NCBI RefSeq assembly: GCF_006345805.1
Contig: NW_021832259.1
Span: 1-61,541 of the forward strand
Origin: Octopus sinensis
Taxonomy: Eukaryota
Direction of reading: 5' to 3'
DNA: 61,541 nt
The notes under the pieces are model-generated. The model was not told the DNA's origin, ran no database searches, and was given only the letters and a program-made list of their open reading frames with translations. Positions 24,561 through 39,375 of this stretch are shown here, one piece after another; positions within the stretch are counted from its first letter, which is position 1; each line of letters opens with the position of its first letter. The position numbers and the translations under genes were made by a program.

Positions 24561-25624
24561 AAAGCAAAGTGTTCTGTCAGAGGGCCTTAGTCTACCTGGG
24601 TAAGGTGATATGGACTACTTTCCCGTTTAGTGAATTGAAAAATTACTCTATTTACTGTGTAGAAAGTGGAATCACAAGTTTTCTGTGGTTTTAGGCTAAG
24701 TCAGCCTTGAAATAGGCGCAGCATATGACCTCTTTGTAAATTGGACATTTTTAAGGTTCTTTTGTACATGGCATGTTAAACAGTTACATATAGAACCTGA
24801 AACATATAAATGTCAATTAATAAAAAAAAATATAAACCTCTTCAAGTTTATAATAACAATGTGTTAATGGGTATCTATTTACTTTTGTCATGTTTGTGTA
24901 CAAATGTATCATTTGTTACAACTGCACTTTGAAAGAAAAAGAAAACTTTAGTAGAAAATTAGCATTAGCTACGACAATGTTTACCCAACTATTAAATCTT
25001 ATATTTTTCAAACTCATGCTAGGATGGAAAAATGAACGTAGGTATGAGACTTATTTTTACACATGTATTGATGCATATAAAACATGAAATTATGTTGTCT
25101 ACATACTTAAATACTTGCAATTAATTCATTGTAAGAACATAGAATTTTGACAGGTTTTCTTGAGTTGTTGCTCATCTACAATAATCTGATAAGTTTGAGG
25201 TTATTGTTGGTTGCATAAGATTGTCATTGAATTTCTCTCGACAGAAATATCTAATCATTTTATCCATACTAGCATGGGTTTGTGTGTCATGTTGTATCTG
25301 TTTCAGTTTAATTCCCTCTGCATAGTTTTCTTTTTTTGTGTTTATGCAATATGGTACTTTCATAAAATACAGTTGTCTCTTGCCTTTACAGTAGTTCTGT
25401 TTCTTAGTTCACTTTGCACAATTTTGCTCATTTTCCTCTATTGTTTTTTTTGTTTTACAAATATATAGAAGTAGTACTTGCTTCAGTTTCTCATTATATT
25501 TTGTTAAATATTTTTGAATTTGAAATATTAAAATTGATTTCACTGGAAATGAAAATTCAATCTATAAAATTAACTTTAACTAGATGTTCAGCATAAATGC
25601 AAAAGTTTTACAAAAAGAATTGTC

Positions 25625-25790
25625 TCATCATCATCATCATTAATGTCATTATCTACGCTGGCTTGGTTGGACAGTTTCATCAGGGCTGGTAAGCTGAGGG
25701 TCTGCAGCAGACTCCAGTCTTGATTTGTCATTGTTTCTATGGCTGGATGCCCTTCTTAACATCAAGCACTCCATGAGTGTTGAGGGCAGG
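25625..25790 (-). mobile_element. Diverged RTE-tail/(GAT)n repeat
   Basis: Similar to 16128-16290 (ggttggac...ggctggatgcccttc). Confidence 0.55.
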
Positions 25791-26480
25791 GGTTTGTGAA
25801 AAAAATTAATTGATGGGAAATTAATTACAATATATTGTCTTCTAAGGCACAGCATGTCATGAAAGGTGTCAGTCATTAGTCATTGCCTTTATAAGTTCCA
25901 ACAATCAAAGATCATGCATTACCACCTTGTCCAATGCCTTATGTCTACTTCTCCTGCCATGTAGCATAGTTGTCTGCACAGGTATAATAAATCTGGCTTT
26001 CACTCTGAAGGAGAGACCCTTAGTTACCAAACAGAGGAAGGAGCTCTCTGAATTTGCTCAGCCTATTTTTATTCTTGCAGCCACACTCTTAGTTCATCCA
26101 CTTCTGCTACTGACTTTGTTGCCAACAATCTTTATCGTACTCCTCTGGCATTTGATGAAGCCCATTTTCTGGCATTTTTAGCTTTTACTGTACATTATGC
26201 ACCTTCCACATACAAAAATATTTTCCAGTTTACCTTCCTCTCATATTGCTACACCTATTATGTGTTATACAGAGTACATCTACCTACCTGTTTCCTTCAT
26301 ATTGAGGATGGCCATGTACCTGAAGGGCTTTACGATTTATCTGGTTTCCTACTTACTAAGACTTTGGGTTAGGGTTGGGTAGGTTAATTCTGTGACCTTT
26401 CAATTCTAGACCTTGCTTCCGTACGCAAAATTTGTTCTCTAGTTCTGGTAGTGATTTAGCTATAAGAAGCAGCTCATTAG

Positions 26481-28391
26481 TAAATAAGTGTGAAAACTCT
26501 TTGCTTTCACAAACACTTTATGTACACAGATTGAAGCAATGAAAACAAAGGTCCTCGGTATACCTGAAACGTGAAGGAAAAATTTGGATAATGAAACTAA
26601 TAATGTATGGCTAATTGAATGTAATGTAATAAATGATAATATATGAGTGTTCAGTTGTCATCCTCTAAGCCCTCCCCAATTCCTTTGAGAGAAGCAAAGA
26701 AAACTAATAATATGTATTAAATGATTAACGAAAATAATAATTAGTGCAAGAGACCCTTAATCAATATTGACGGTGTGTGACGATCAAGGAGCAACGTGTC
26801 AGTTGTGCATCAGGCTTTTGTGTCAGTCTTTGCGAGTCTGGCAGAGCGACAAACGGGACAATTGCTGGATGGAGGATAAACTGCATCAGGCAAGGGTCAC
26901 TTTTGGAAAGCCGGGGTTTCAAGGGGTATTGGGGTATGACCACTTGTGGTAAAGGTGGGGTAAGTTGGCGTGGCTCGGTGGGTAGGCGGTGAGATGCATT
27001 TCTGGTCATGGTAATTTTGGAATCGGGAAGTGGGCATTGGTGTTGCAGCTGCATGAGGTGCTGTTAAAGTCGGTTGAGAAGGTAGTCTCATCACTGGTGT
27101 TGGCATAGGGAACGCATGTGGTCCAGACACCATGAGCAGTGGGCCATGAGGAAGAAGCAGTAGATACTTCCAGAGGAATTTTGGCCTGATCCATCCACTT
27201 CAACATGTACAGATCGAAATGACGTACATCTAATGGCACCAGTTTTCCCCCCATTTGTAGGATTGGGTCAAACTTGGCTCTGGATTAGGACATAGTTCGA
27301 AAGAAGTGAGCATGTGTGTTTTGACAACCGTTCAGTAGCACTCATGTTGTGTTTACGCAGGTCTTCTTTTCAATAAGTCATAGTTTCATGGCATGTGGAA
27401 TGTAGCTTGTACTTGCCGGAATGGATGGGAATAAAGTATTGTATAGGGCTGCCAAAGATGCACATGGCTGGGGACAAGTGTTTGTCCCAGTCAGGTGTAT
27501 TTCTTTATTGTAGCATTGTGCACTGGAAACTGTCAGTGTTAAGGAAGCCATTGGTGTCAGTGTTGTCTGTAACGAGGCGCTTTATTGTCTCAATACCGAC
27601 TTTGGCTCGGCAGTTGTCATGGGGAAATGCAATGGCAGTGATTCTCCCCAATTGTGGAAGAAGGTACAATGTCAGCTCATAGCTGATAGGGCAGTGTTAA
27701 GTGCCTGTGCACCATTCGATGCTCCTTTAAGATGGTTTTCCAGACCTGTTAGGACATACCACCATTGTCTGTCACCAAGTGACAGATGTACCAATGGGAA
27801 TAGGCTTTATAACTCCAAGTGGAACATTCCGGTCAAGATCTGCTTTTAATTCCTCTTGCCAATGAACCAGGACTGGTATGGGCGTATGGTGGGCGACTGG
27901 TTTAGCATTAAGCGAATCGGTTGGTCAGAGAATTGCCGATGGTTGCAGACGTTGAATGTGCTGGAGCTGTAGTATTGTAGCAGCTACTTCCTCAGGCGAC
28001 AACGTTTTTCCTCAGTGGCTGGGAATGGTAGTGTAGTTGGAGGAGGGGGTTGTATTTGTTGTAGGTGGCAGGTGCATACATTCTGTGTCATTGTTGCAGA
28101 TGATCGATGAGGCTTGTCAGTACTCTCTCCCATGGATTGTTTACAGGCCAACTATGGCACAATCAGGTGCAGGACAGGGTACGTTGGTCATACTGACTCG
28201 CTTTTTGTCATAAATAAGTCTGACGAATGTTTGCTTTCACCAATATTTTACGCAGTCTGAAGCAATGAGTAAAGGGTCTTCAGTATACCTGAAATGTGAA
28301 GGGAAAGATGATGGATAATAAAATGAATAATATATGGCGAATTGAATGTAATGTAATAAATTGTAATATATGTGTGTTTAGTTGTAATCCT
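26481..28391 (-). mobile_element. Internally deleted Ty3/Gypsy LTR retrotransposon with diverged ~185-bp direct repeats (putative LTRs)
   Basis: Gag start MTNVPCPAPDC (ATG at 28191), LPFPATEEN, KPVAHHTPIPVLVHWQEE..LGVIKP (RT N-terminus), [33 protein letters not shown] (integrase); purine tract 26670-26686 on the minus strand. Confidence 0.75.
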
Positions 28392-29289
28392 GTAATCAGC
28401 ATAGAGGAGTTGCTAGGTCTGCCTGTTTTATATATCTGTTATTACCTGAATGATTATGATACCAACAAAAGTCAAGTACATAGGTTTATACTTGGTTAGG
28501 TACTTCTCCTGGGGTTTCTTACCAGAAATATATCATGACTGGTGTTTCTTCCTGATACAAAACCAAATTGCATCTCATCTAGATTAAGTCTTTTCCTAAT
28601 TAGTTGGGCTATGATCCTCTCCTTTCAGTTTCATCTGAAGAAATTAGTGCCAGTGCAAGCACTTTTTTTTAAAGCACACATCAAGCATATGTTAACATAT
28701 TAGCAATGAGAAAGCGCTCTAATCGATGTCTACCTGTATACATACATATATGCAGGGTAGCCATGTACTTTCTCTACAGCGACACACCTCTGCCTGTCTC
28801 TCTATCATACTACAGGTTAGGATGAAGCCACCTCTCTCACTACTAGCAGTCCACTCATCCTTGAAATTTACTTTTTAATTTTACTAGTGTCAGTGTTACC
28901 AAAACTTTTCTCAGACATAGAAACCATGTGAAAACAGACATTAGAGTACGTGTAGTAATTCATCTCAGATAGTGTGAAATAGTCCAACCCATGACAACAT
29001 GAAAAACGAATGTTAAATGATGATGACACACATACCGTTAATTGTATTTCTTATATTAATTTCAATAATTAATTTGTTTCTATATTATAATAAAAACAAT
29101 TGATTTCGCATGAGAATGATTAGTTTGATGACTTGTGGAAGCAATGTACTGTGTAAATGTAAGGACAACTGTATTTATTAAACAAGTGTATTTCATGATT
29201 CGACACATAGATAAAACTTGACTTTCAAATGTTGGTTGATATTTTGCTTGTTGTTTGCATATCATGCCTTGTATTATAGATCCCAAATG

Positions 29290-30050
29290 GCCAAGGTAAG
29301 TGGTCTTTCTTATTTTGGTGTGGGTTTGCTGTTAGGATTGGTTTTCAGAGTTTAGTCTATATTAGGGTCAGCTTGAGGATTTGTGAAGGTTTTTTAGAGA
29401 GAATAGTCAAGGAGATCAAAGTTTGAACTAGGGGTTGGGATTTGGGGGTGATGAGGAGAGTAGAGATTGAACAGGTTTATTTATAGTGTTTATGACTGTT
29501 TTATATCGGGTTTAGCATTGAAAAGCAGGGATGGGGGCTGGGTGCTTGGATAAGATGCGGATGTCAGGTTGATCCAAGTTATCTCCATGGTGGTCTTTGG
29601 CATGTTGGTAGAGTATAGAAGACTGTTTTCTGTCGTCAAGTTGTCTTAAATGTTCATTGTCCGTTCCGCAATGCTCTTAGACGTCTCCTCTATGTACATC
29701 ATGTTCATGTCCTTACAAGCACTTCTATGCATCTTATATTGTAAACTACATTTCGAGTTCTACAGTTAATACCAGGGCTAATTCTACATACCATGCAGTT
29801 ATCAATTGTGCATATGGTATTCTTAAACGGGCATGTCCTTCATAATTGTGACCTGACGGAGTTCCTTGGCTTTTCAACAATTTTAATGTTGAGTTTGTTC
29901 TCTTTCAGAGCTTTTCTAAATCTACGTGCTAGTTCTCCATGGGCTCTGGCCTCTACTAATATCACCCCTTGAATTTTTACTAGTGAGTGTGTATTTAATA
30001 ATAAGGCACTAAAAGGAAAGACTATCCCCAGACACAACAGAATATACACT
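29290..30050 (-). mobile_element. Penelope-like 3' fragment (thumb/linker and GIY-YIG remnant)
   Basis: VEARAHGELARRFRKALKENKLNIKIVEKP parallels FVDATPKNELCKAFKEIL..KIKVVEKTG of the 17.6-20.7 kb element; YIEETSKSIAER and SSILYQHAKDHH. Confidence 0.7.
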
Positions 30051-30251
30051 GTTTTCGCTAATTACTCTTTCACTCACTTTTGCTACTTTCAGTTATTTGA
30101 CTGCGGCCATGTTGGAGCACCGCCTTCAGTCAAACAAATAGAGCCCAGGACCTATTCTCTTTTGCCGAACCGTTAGTTACGGGTGCGTGAAAACAGCAGC
30201 ATCATTTGTCAAGCGATGTTCGATGGATAAAGAGGCATACAAACGTATATG

Positions 30252-30337
<86 letters not shown>

Positions 30338-30512
30338 ACACATACGATGGGCTTCATTTAGTTTCCGTCTACGAAATCTATTCACAAGGCTTTGGTCACC
30401 CCGAGGCCATAGTTGAAGACACTTGTCCAAGGTTCCACGCAGTGGGACTGAACCCAGAACACTGCGGTTCGTAAGCAAGCTACTTATCACAAAGCCGCTT
30501 CTACGCCTAGCA

Positions 30513-30571
<59 letters not shown>

Positions 30572-30659
30572 AAACTGAAATGCGAAAAGTTTATTTGTTA
30601 GTTGTCTGGAACGGTTTAAAGACCACTACATCCCATCGGATTGACTCCAAAATTTACGG

Positions 30660-31398
30660 TTCGTGAGCAATCATTCTCACAGAAATGCGTGCACAAACAG
30701 ACACAGAATGTCATGGTTTAAAGGTCAACATGTTTAAAACATAAATAGCTACGAGTTTGCGTATATGCATGTATCTATGTGCATGAGTGCGGACGTGTGT
30801 TTTCAGAATGTCACAGTTTTAAGCTCAACATATTTAAAACAAATAGGTACGAGATTGCGTCTTTGCATGTATCTATATTCGTGGGTGCGGACGTGTGAGT
30901 GTTTGTGCGTGTGTGAGCACAGTCCACCTATACCCAAGGTGGTTGCATTGTCTTATAAGAACCGGCCGTGAAAGTTACGGACCACATTAATGAACTCATT
31001 TGCATACAAACAATTAGGGCTCACCTTGAAATTGCGCGGTTAACAAACAGTAGTGTCTGAATGGGAATTAGCTTGCTTACCTAACAAATGTTTCCGAGTT
31101 CAGTCCCACTGGGTGGCATGTTGGGAAAATGTCTTCTACTATAGTCTCAGGCCGGCCAAAGCCTTCTGAGTGGATTTGGGAGACGGAAACTAAAAGAAGA
31201 CTGTCGTATATATATATATATATATGTAGCAGTAAGAGTGGCTGTGGTATGTAGCTTCCTTTCCAAACACGGTGTTTCTGGTTCAGTCGAACTACTTGGT
31301 CCATAGGCAAGTGTCTTCCAATATAGCCTCGGACAGACCAACGTTTCTGAGTAGATTTGGTATACGGAAACAGAAAGTAGCCCGTCGTATATAGATAG

Positions 31399-31441
<43 letters not shown>

Positions 31442-31450
31442 ATATATATA

Positions 31451-31491
<41 letters not shown>

Positions 31492-33279
31492 TATACATAG
31501 GTATATATTGACAGATATATGTATATACACATAGATATTTAAACATATATGGGATGGCCATAATGGGACATCCGACCCACTAGAGAGAGCAGTTAAACTC
31601 CAATAAATCGTAAAAGTCTGTCATGTTCGAATAATATATTCGAAAGTTACTTCCTCTTGCTCATTATAATTTATTAAAAGTAATATAATTATATGTAAGG
31701 AAAGTAACTCTGGAAGATGTTATCTAGTTATCTCCCTTCCGAGAGTTAATTGCCCCGCGTATTAACTTTTTATTGTAAACTTATAATATTCAAGGGAAGT
31801 AACTGTAGAAGATACTTTGTAGTTATCTCCCTTATGTAGTTATCGTAATATAGACTTTGTCGCTCGTAGACTCTTTCAGTTATTTCACTGTGACCATGGT
31901 GGAGCACCGCCTCTAGTCAAGCAAATCAACCCCAGGAATTATTCTTTGTATGCCTATTACTTAATGTATAGGTCTCTTTTGCAGAACCGATAAGTTACGG
32001 GGACGTAATGTTCGATGTACTGATTTAGTAGGTATTTATTTATTGTAATAATTTCAATTATCATAAATTATGGGCTAGGAAAAATACTAGAAACTTTTTT
32101 GATAGACCTATTGGGGCTCCTTGTGTGTGTGGGACTGTTTTTATTTATGTGAGTGTTGGTATTTTCATTTCAGTGTTTGTGTGTGAGTGTTTTTATTTCT
32201 GTGTGCGCGAGTGTGTGAGCGACTGAGTGTTTCTATTTGTTTGTGTGAGCGACTGAGTGTTTCTATTTGTTTGTGTGTGTGCGACACTTACAACTACAAC
32301 AAACACATTGACCATTTCTAAGATACCCACATTTGAAATCACAAATACTAAATCAAAATAAGTTCAATTATTGCACCTTTAGTGACTTGAGATGTTGTTA
32401 TTTTTCCCATGTGTCGTCAATGTATTAATTTCACAAGTGGACGATAGAAATTCTCATACTGGCGTGGAGGGAGATGATATTCTAACTGCGAGTGCAAAGC
32501 ACCCAATGCCCCTTTACATTCTTAATAAATTGTATGTTTGTGCTAGTTAGGGTTAGGGTTTTATGTGTGAATGTGTAACTGCGTTTTCATTTCTGTGTGT
32601 GGGTGCGTATGTTTGTGTGTGACTATTTTCATTTCTATTTGTGTGTGTGCATGGGTAGGTATGTAACTGTTTTCATTTCAGTGTTTGTGTTTGTGTGAAT
32701 GTTTTTATTTCTGTGTATACGTGTGTGTGAGCGTCTGTTTGTATGCGACAATTACAGCTACAACAAACACTTTAAACATCTCTAAGATACCCACATTTGC
32801 AGATCCCCAAGTTCTAAATGAAAAGAAGTTCGATTTATTGCACCTTTAGCGACTTCAGATTTGCGAGTGTTAATCACCCCGTATCTACATACCTGGATCG
32901 GCCATAATTGGCCTCATTCGGAGATCTATCGGGTGTGGAATATTTATGGCTATAGAAGTTAACTTGTTACAGGTTTTGTTTATGGCTTAACTTTTGTAGA
33001 TTTTGGGAAGTCCATAGATGTTACTGGCTTTGCAGTGAAATCTAGTCAAGCAATTTGTCTCCTTTTTGGTTAAACCGTGTTGGAACTGGTGGATAAGAGT
33101 AGACAGTTTGGTCATTATCTTCGATTGACTGTAGTTGTTGATGCTTTTAACCGATACAGGTGTGTTTGACTCCCTGTATTTTAGCGGTTCGGCAAAAGAG
33201 AACAAGTTACAATAAATACTAGGCTTACAAAGAATATGTGCTGCGGACGATGTGATCGATTATTAAAGGCGGCGCTCCA

Positions 33280-33366
<87 letters not shown>

Positions 33367-33900
33367 ATTATATATACACATACATATATACGTATATATA
33401 CCCACACACACATATATATAATCTAAAACAAAAAAGAAACTTGATTATGTCCGAAGAGTAGTACTAGATAACATTATTACTTTATATATTTGTGGGGTGT
33501 AGTGAAATGTAAATGATCAGCTAGTCAATGTTTATTTGTTAAAGGTACCAGCAGATTACTTGGATGTGTACGTGTCTCTGTTGGTGTGCGCATGGTCGTG
33601 TCTCCTTTCGCTGGCGCGTAAAACGACCACACCTATTACAGAAATTACGATATGAAACGAATTATATGACATTTAGGAGATATTTTCAGCTATCCCCCTA
33701 GTGAACAGGTTATAGACTTTTGTCGCTATTTACTCTTTTACTCTCATTTACTTGTTTCAATCATTTAACTGGCCATGCTGAAACAACACCTTCAGTCGAG
33801 CATATCGACCTCAGGACTTATTCTTTGTAGGCCTAGTTCTTATTCTAACAGTCTCTTTCGCTGAACCTCTAAGTTATGGGGTCCTAGACATATACACACA
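30660..33900 (+). repeat. Local segmental duplication, copy 1 (empty allele of the ribozyme-array site)
   Basis: Colinear similarity to 35155-35918 plus 39465-41900, with shared SINE junctions. Confidence 0.85.
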
Positions 33901-36079
33901 TGTATATAAAAGTACGTAGTCGCACACACAGAAATGGAAATACACAGATCTAACCCAGTTCATATTCCTTTGGCATTTAAACTTAAATATAAAAATGAAT
34001 CTCAAACCAAGGAAAGTAACTCCCTCTACATCCCTACTTGACAAGAGTTACATCCGTTGATTGATACTAATACAATTTAACATTAGATACGTAAATAGTG
34101 TTTGAATAATAATAGGCTGGAATGGATTAGGGTTAGGTTTAGGTTTAGAAGACAATTGGACAAGATGAGAGGCAGTGGGAATGAAACTGAAACCATGTGG
34201 TTCGTAGGTAAACTACTTACCACAGCCATTCCTGCGACAATATTCATATATATGACGGGCTTCTTTCAGTTTCCCTCTACCAACCCTACTCAGAATACAT
34301 TGGTCGGCCCGGGGGTATAGTTGAATACACTTGCCGAAGGTGCCACGCTGTTGGATTGAACCCAGCACATTGAGGTTGGTGAGCAAACACTCTCACACAC
34401 ATGCGCGAGCGCAAACAGACACAGAGATGAAAGCACACATATTGGCTGACCCACACGCTCATACAATTTCTTGAGAGTGTCACGGTTTTAAGGTCAACAT
34501 ATTTAAAACATGAAATAGCTTTGCATGTATCTATGTGCATGAGTGCGGAAGTGTGGGTATTTGTGCGTGTGTGAGCACAGTCCACACATACCCAAGGTGG
34601 TCGCATCGGCTAATGTGACCCAACCGTGAAAGTCTGTTTCACCCAGACATACACATACAGATATACGTGTATATACCCACGCACGTATATGTAGTGTTTA
34701 AAACAAAAAAGAAACTGTAAGGGATGGAACGGGAGTTCTTTCCGTTTTATTAAGAAAACTTGCATCTGTATATGTGATAGTACATGCGTGCATTCTCGTG
34801 TGCCCTTCGAGTGCGAACAAACACACACACACGCACACATTTAAACATATATACGATGGTATTTATTCAGTTTCCTTCCACTAGATCCAATCACAAGGAT
34901 TAGGTCGGCCTTGGGGTACAGTAGTAGACAATTGCATAAGATGACAGGCAGTGGGAGTGAACACCAAACCATGTGATTCGCAAGCGAACTACTTACAACA
35001 TAGCCATTGCTACGCCGATATTCATATATACGACGGGCTTCTTTCAGTTTCCCTCTACCAACTGCACTCAGAATACTTTGGTCGGCCCAAGGCTATAGTT
35101 GAATACACTTACCGAAGGTGCAACGCTGTTGGTTTGAACTCATCGCATTGCGTTTCGTAAGCAATCATTCTCACAGAAATGCGCGCGCAAACAGACACAG
35201 AATGTCACGGTTTAAAGGTCAACATGTTTAAAACATAAATAGCTACGAGTTTGCGTATATGCATGTCTCTATGTGCATGAGTGCGGACGTGTGTTTCCAG
35301 AATGTCGCAGTTTTAAGCTCAACATATTTAAAACATAAATAGGTACGAGATTGCGTCTTTGCATGTATCTATATTCGTGGGTTCGGACGTGTAGGTGTTT
35401 GTGCGTGTGTGAGCACAGACCACCTATACCCAAGCTGGTTGCATTGTCTTATGGGAACCAGCCGTGAAAGTTCCGGACCCCATTAATGAACTCATTTGCA
35501 TACAAACAATTAGGGCTCACCTTGAAATTGTCCGGTTAACAAACAGTAGTGTCTGAATGGGAATTAGCTTGCTTACCTAACAAATGTTTCCGAGTTCAGT
35601 CCCACTGGGTGGCATGTTGGGAAAATGTCTTCTACTATAGTCTCAGTCCGGCCAAAGCCTTCCGAGTGGATTTGGGAGACGGAAACTAAAAGAAGACTGT
35701 CGTATATATATATATGTAGCAGTAAGAGTGGCTGTGGTATGTAGCTTCCTTTCCAAACACGGTGATTCTGGTCAGTCCAACTACGTGGACCCATGGGCAA
35801 GTCTCTTCCAATATAGCTTCGGACAGACCAACATTTCTGAGTAGATTTGGTATACGGAAACAGAAAGTAGCCCGTCGTATATAGATAGGTGTATATATAT
35901 ATGTATATAATATGTATACCAATTAAGGACTGAACACGAAAAGGTGGACAGTCAACATGCTAGATATAGACGTCAAATCGCCATTCTCCACAAAGATTTT
36001 GTTCTCAAATAAAAATAAAATTCAGCACGACCTAAAGCAATGGATGAGACAAAAGAAAAATACTAAATGGAATAATTAC

Positions 36080-36139
36080 CTACGTACTGCAGTTTCAGCT
36101 ATTAATATCACAAGGATATCTGTAACTTCATCAGCGTAG
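36080..36139 (-). ncRNA. Minimal type-I hammerhead ribozyme (unit 1)
   Basis: Reverse complement is CTACG-CTGATGA-AGTTA..TAGCT-GAAA-C-TGCA-G-TA-CGTAG. Confidence 0.88.
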
Positions 36140-36586
36140 TTTGTTATGAGCATAATATGCTGTACTAGATGAAAAACGGTACCGGAGTCCCGCATGCAAA
36201 AAGTACAACCTATTACGTTCGGATGTATCTTTCGAATGCCTCTACTTTTGGCGCGCTGATAATCGAAAAACTAGCCTGCAGTTAATAAATTAGCAGCAGT
36301 CAATTTATCGGTTTGAGAACATATATTTCATATTTAAAAATTAAGGGTAGAAATTGATATTAGTCAATTAAAACCAGTGGTCTAGCACATTAAAAAGAAT
36401 CCGAAGATTAAAATATTTATATATACCAATTAAGGACTGAACACGAAAAGGTGGACAGTCAACATGCTAGATATAGACGTCAAATCGCCATTCTCCACAA
36501 AGATTTTGTTCTCAAATAAAAATAAAATTCAGCACGACCTAAAGCAATGGATGAGACAAAAGAAAAATACTAAATGGAATAATTAC

Positions 36587-36646
36587 CTACGTACTGCAGT
36601 TTCAGCTATTAATATCACAAGGATATCTGTAACTTCATCAGCGTAG
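36587..36646 (-). ncRNA. Minimal type-I hammerhead ribozyme (unit 2)
   Basis: Same 60-nt motif. Confidence 0.88.
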
Positions 36647-37094
36647 TTGTTGTTATGAGCATAATATGCTGTACTAGATGAAAAACGGTACCGGAGTCCC
36701 GCATGCAAAAAGTACAACCTATTACGTTCGGATGTATCTTCGAATGCCTCTACTTTTGGCGCGCTGATAATCAAAAAACTAGCCTGCAGTTAATAAATTA
36801 GCAGCAGTCAATTTATCGGTTTGAGAACATATATTTCATATTTAAAAATTAAGGGTAGAAATTGATATTAGTCAATTAAAACCAGTGGTCTAGCACATTA
36901 AAAAGAATCCGAAGATTAAAATATTTATATATACCAATTAAGGACTGAACACAAAAAGGTGGACAGTCAACATGCTAGATATAGACGTCAAATCGCCATT
37001 CTCCACAAAGATTTTGTTCTCAAATAAAAATAAAATTCAGCACGACCTAAAGCAATGGATGAGACAAAAGAAAAATACTAAATGGAATAATTAC

Positions 37095-37154
37095 CTACGT
37101 ACTGCAGTTTCAGCTATTAATATCACAAGGATATCTGTAACTTCATCAGCGTAG
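37095..37154 (-). ncRNA. Minimal type-I hammerhead ribozyme (unit 3)
   Basis: Same 60-nt motif. Confidence 0.88.
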
Positions 37155-37607
37155 TTTGTTATGAGCATAATATGCTGTACTAGATGAAAAACGGTACCGG
37201 AGTCCCGCATGCAAAAAGTACAACCTATTACGTTCGGATGTATCTTTCGAATGCCTCTACTTTTGGCGCGCTGATAATCGAAAAACTAGCCTGCAGTTAA
37301 TAATAGCAGCAGTCAATTTATCGGTTTGAGAACATATATTTCATATTAAAAATATTTAAAAATTAAGGGTAGTAGAATTGATATTAGTCAATTAAAACCA
37401 GTGGTCTAGCACATTAAAAAGAATCCGAAGATTAAAATATTTATATATACAATTAAGGACTGAACACGAAAAGGGGACAGTCAACATGCTAGATATAGAC
37501 GTCAAATCGCCATTCTCCACAAAGATTTTGTTCTCAAATAAAAATAAAATTCAGCACGACCTAAAGCAATGGATGAGACAAAAGAAAAATACTAAATGGA
37601 ATAATAC

Positions 37608-37667
37608 CTACGTACTGCAGTTTCAGCTATTAATATCACAAGGATATCTGTAACTTCATCAGCGTAG
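37608..37667 (-). ncRNA. Minimal type-I hammerhead ribozyme (unit 4)
   Basis: Same 60-nt motif. Confidence 0.88.
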
Positions 37668-38115
37668 TTTGTTATGAGCATAATATGCTGTACTAGATGA
37701 AAAACGGTACCGGAGTCCCGCATGCAAAAAGTACAACCTATTACGTTCGGATGTATCTTTCGAATGCCTCTACTTTTGGCGCGCTGATAATCGAAAAACT
37801 AGCCTGCAGTTAATAAATTAGCAGCAGTCACAATTATCGGTTTGAGAACATATATTTCATATTTAAAAATTAAGGGTAGAAATTGATATTAGTCAATTAA
37901 AACCAGTGGTCTAGCACATTAAAAAGAATCCGAAGATAAAAATATTATTTATATACAATTAAGGACTGAACACGAAAAGGTGGACAGTCAACATGCTAGA
38001 TATAGACGTCAAATCGCCATTCTCCACAAAGATTTTGTTCTCAAATAAAAATAAAATTCAGCACGACCTAAAGCAATGGATGAGACAAAAGAAAAATACT
38101 AAATGGAATAATTAC

Positions 38116-38175
38116 CTACGTACTGCAGTTTCAGCTATTAATATCACAAGGATATCTGTAACTTCATCAGCGTAG
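38116..38175 (-). ncRNA. Minimal type-I hammerhead ribozyme (unit 5)
   Basis: Same 60-nt motif. Confidence 0.88.
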
Positions 38176-38811
38176 TTTGTTATGAGCATAATATGCTGTA
38201 CTAGATGAAAAACGGTACCGGAGTCCCGCATGCAAAAAGTACAACCTATTACGTTCGGATGTATCTTTCGAATGCCTCTACTTTTGGCGCGCTGATAATC
38301 GAAAAACTAGCCTGCAGTTAATAAATTAGCAGCAGTCAATCAGGTTTGAGAACATATATTTCATATTTAAAAATTAAGGGTAGAAATTGATATTAGTCAA
38401 TAAAACCAGTGGTCTAGCACATTAAAAAGAATCCGAAGATTAAAATATTTATATATACCAATTAAGGACTGAACACGAAAAGGTGGACAGTCAACATGCT
38501 AGATATAGACGTCAAATCGCCATTCTCCACAAAGATTTTGTTCTCAAATAAAAATAAAATTCAGCACGACCTAAAGCAATGGATGAGACAAAAGAAAAAT
38601 ACTACCCTTAATTTTTAAATATGAAATATATGTTCTCAAACCGATAAATTGACTGCTGCTAATTTATTAACTGCAGGCTAGTTTTTCGATTATCAGCGCG
38701 CCAAAAGTAGAGGCATTCGAAAGATACATCCGAACGTAATAGTTGTACTTTTTGCATGCGGGACTCCGGTACCGTTTTTCATCTAGTACAGCATATTATG
38801 CTCATAACAAA

Positions 38812-38871
38812 CTACGCTGATGAAGTTACAGATATCCTTGTGATATTAATAGCTGAAACTGCAGTACGTAG
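38812..38871 (+). ncRNA. Minimal type-I hammerhead ribozyme (inverted unit 1)
   Basis: Stem I 38812-16/38867-71; CUGAUGA 38817-23; stem II 38824-54; GAAA 38855-58; GUA cleavage triplet 38864-66. Confidence 0.9.
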
Positions 38872-39315
38872 GTAATATTCCATTTAGTATTTTTCTTTTG
38901 TCTCATCCATTGCTTTAGGTCGTGCTGAATTTTATTTTTATTTGAGAACAAAATCTTTGTGGAGAATGGCGATTTGACGTCTATATCTAGCATGTTGACT
39001 GTCCACCTTTTCGTGTTCAGTCCTTAATTGGTATATATAAATATTTTAATCTTCGGATTCTTTTAATGTGCTAGACCACTGGTTTTAATTGACTAATATC
39101 AATTTCTACCCTTAATTTTTAAATATGAAATATATGTTCTCAAACCGATAAATTGACTGCTGCTAATTTATTAACTGCAGGCTAGTTTTTCGATTATCAG
39201 CGCGCCAAAAGTAGAGGCATTCGAAAGATACATCCGAACGTAATAGGTTGTACTTTTTGCATGCGGGACTCCGGTACCGTTTTTCATCTAGTACAAATAT
39301 TATGCTCATAACAAA

Positions 39316-39375
39316 CTACGCTGATGAAGTTACAGATATCCTTGTGATATTAATAGCTGAAACTGCAGTACGTAG
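39316..39375 (+). ncRNA. Minimal type-I hammerhead ribozyme (inverted unit 2)
   Basis: Same motif; predicted cleavage after position 39370. Confidence 0.9.

Noticed and set aside
34125-34150. Short ttagggttaggtttagg patch (similar ones at ~32545 and ~40525) as telomere remnants
   Set aside because: Only 2-3 units, embedded in repeat modules; too short to interpret.
35957-38175. Repeated 60-aa ORF MLDIDVKSPF... as a tandem gene family
   Set aside because: It is antisense to the ribozyme, has no recognisable homology, and simply recurs with the DNA unit.
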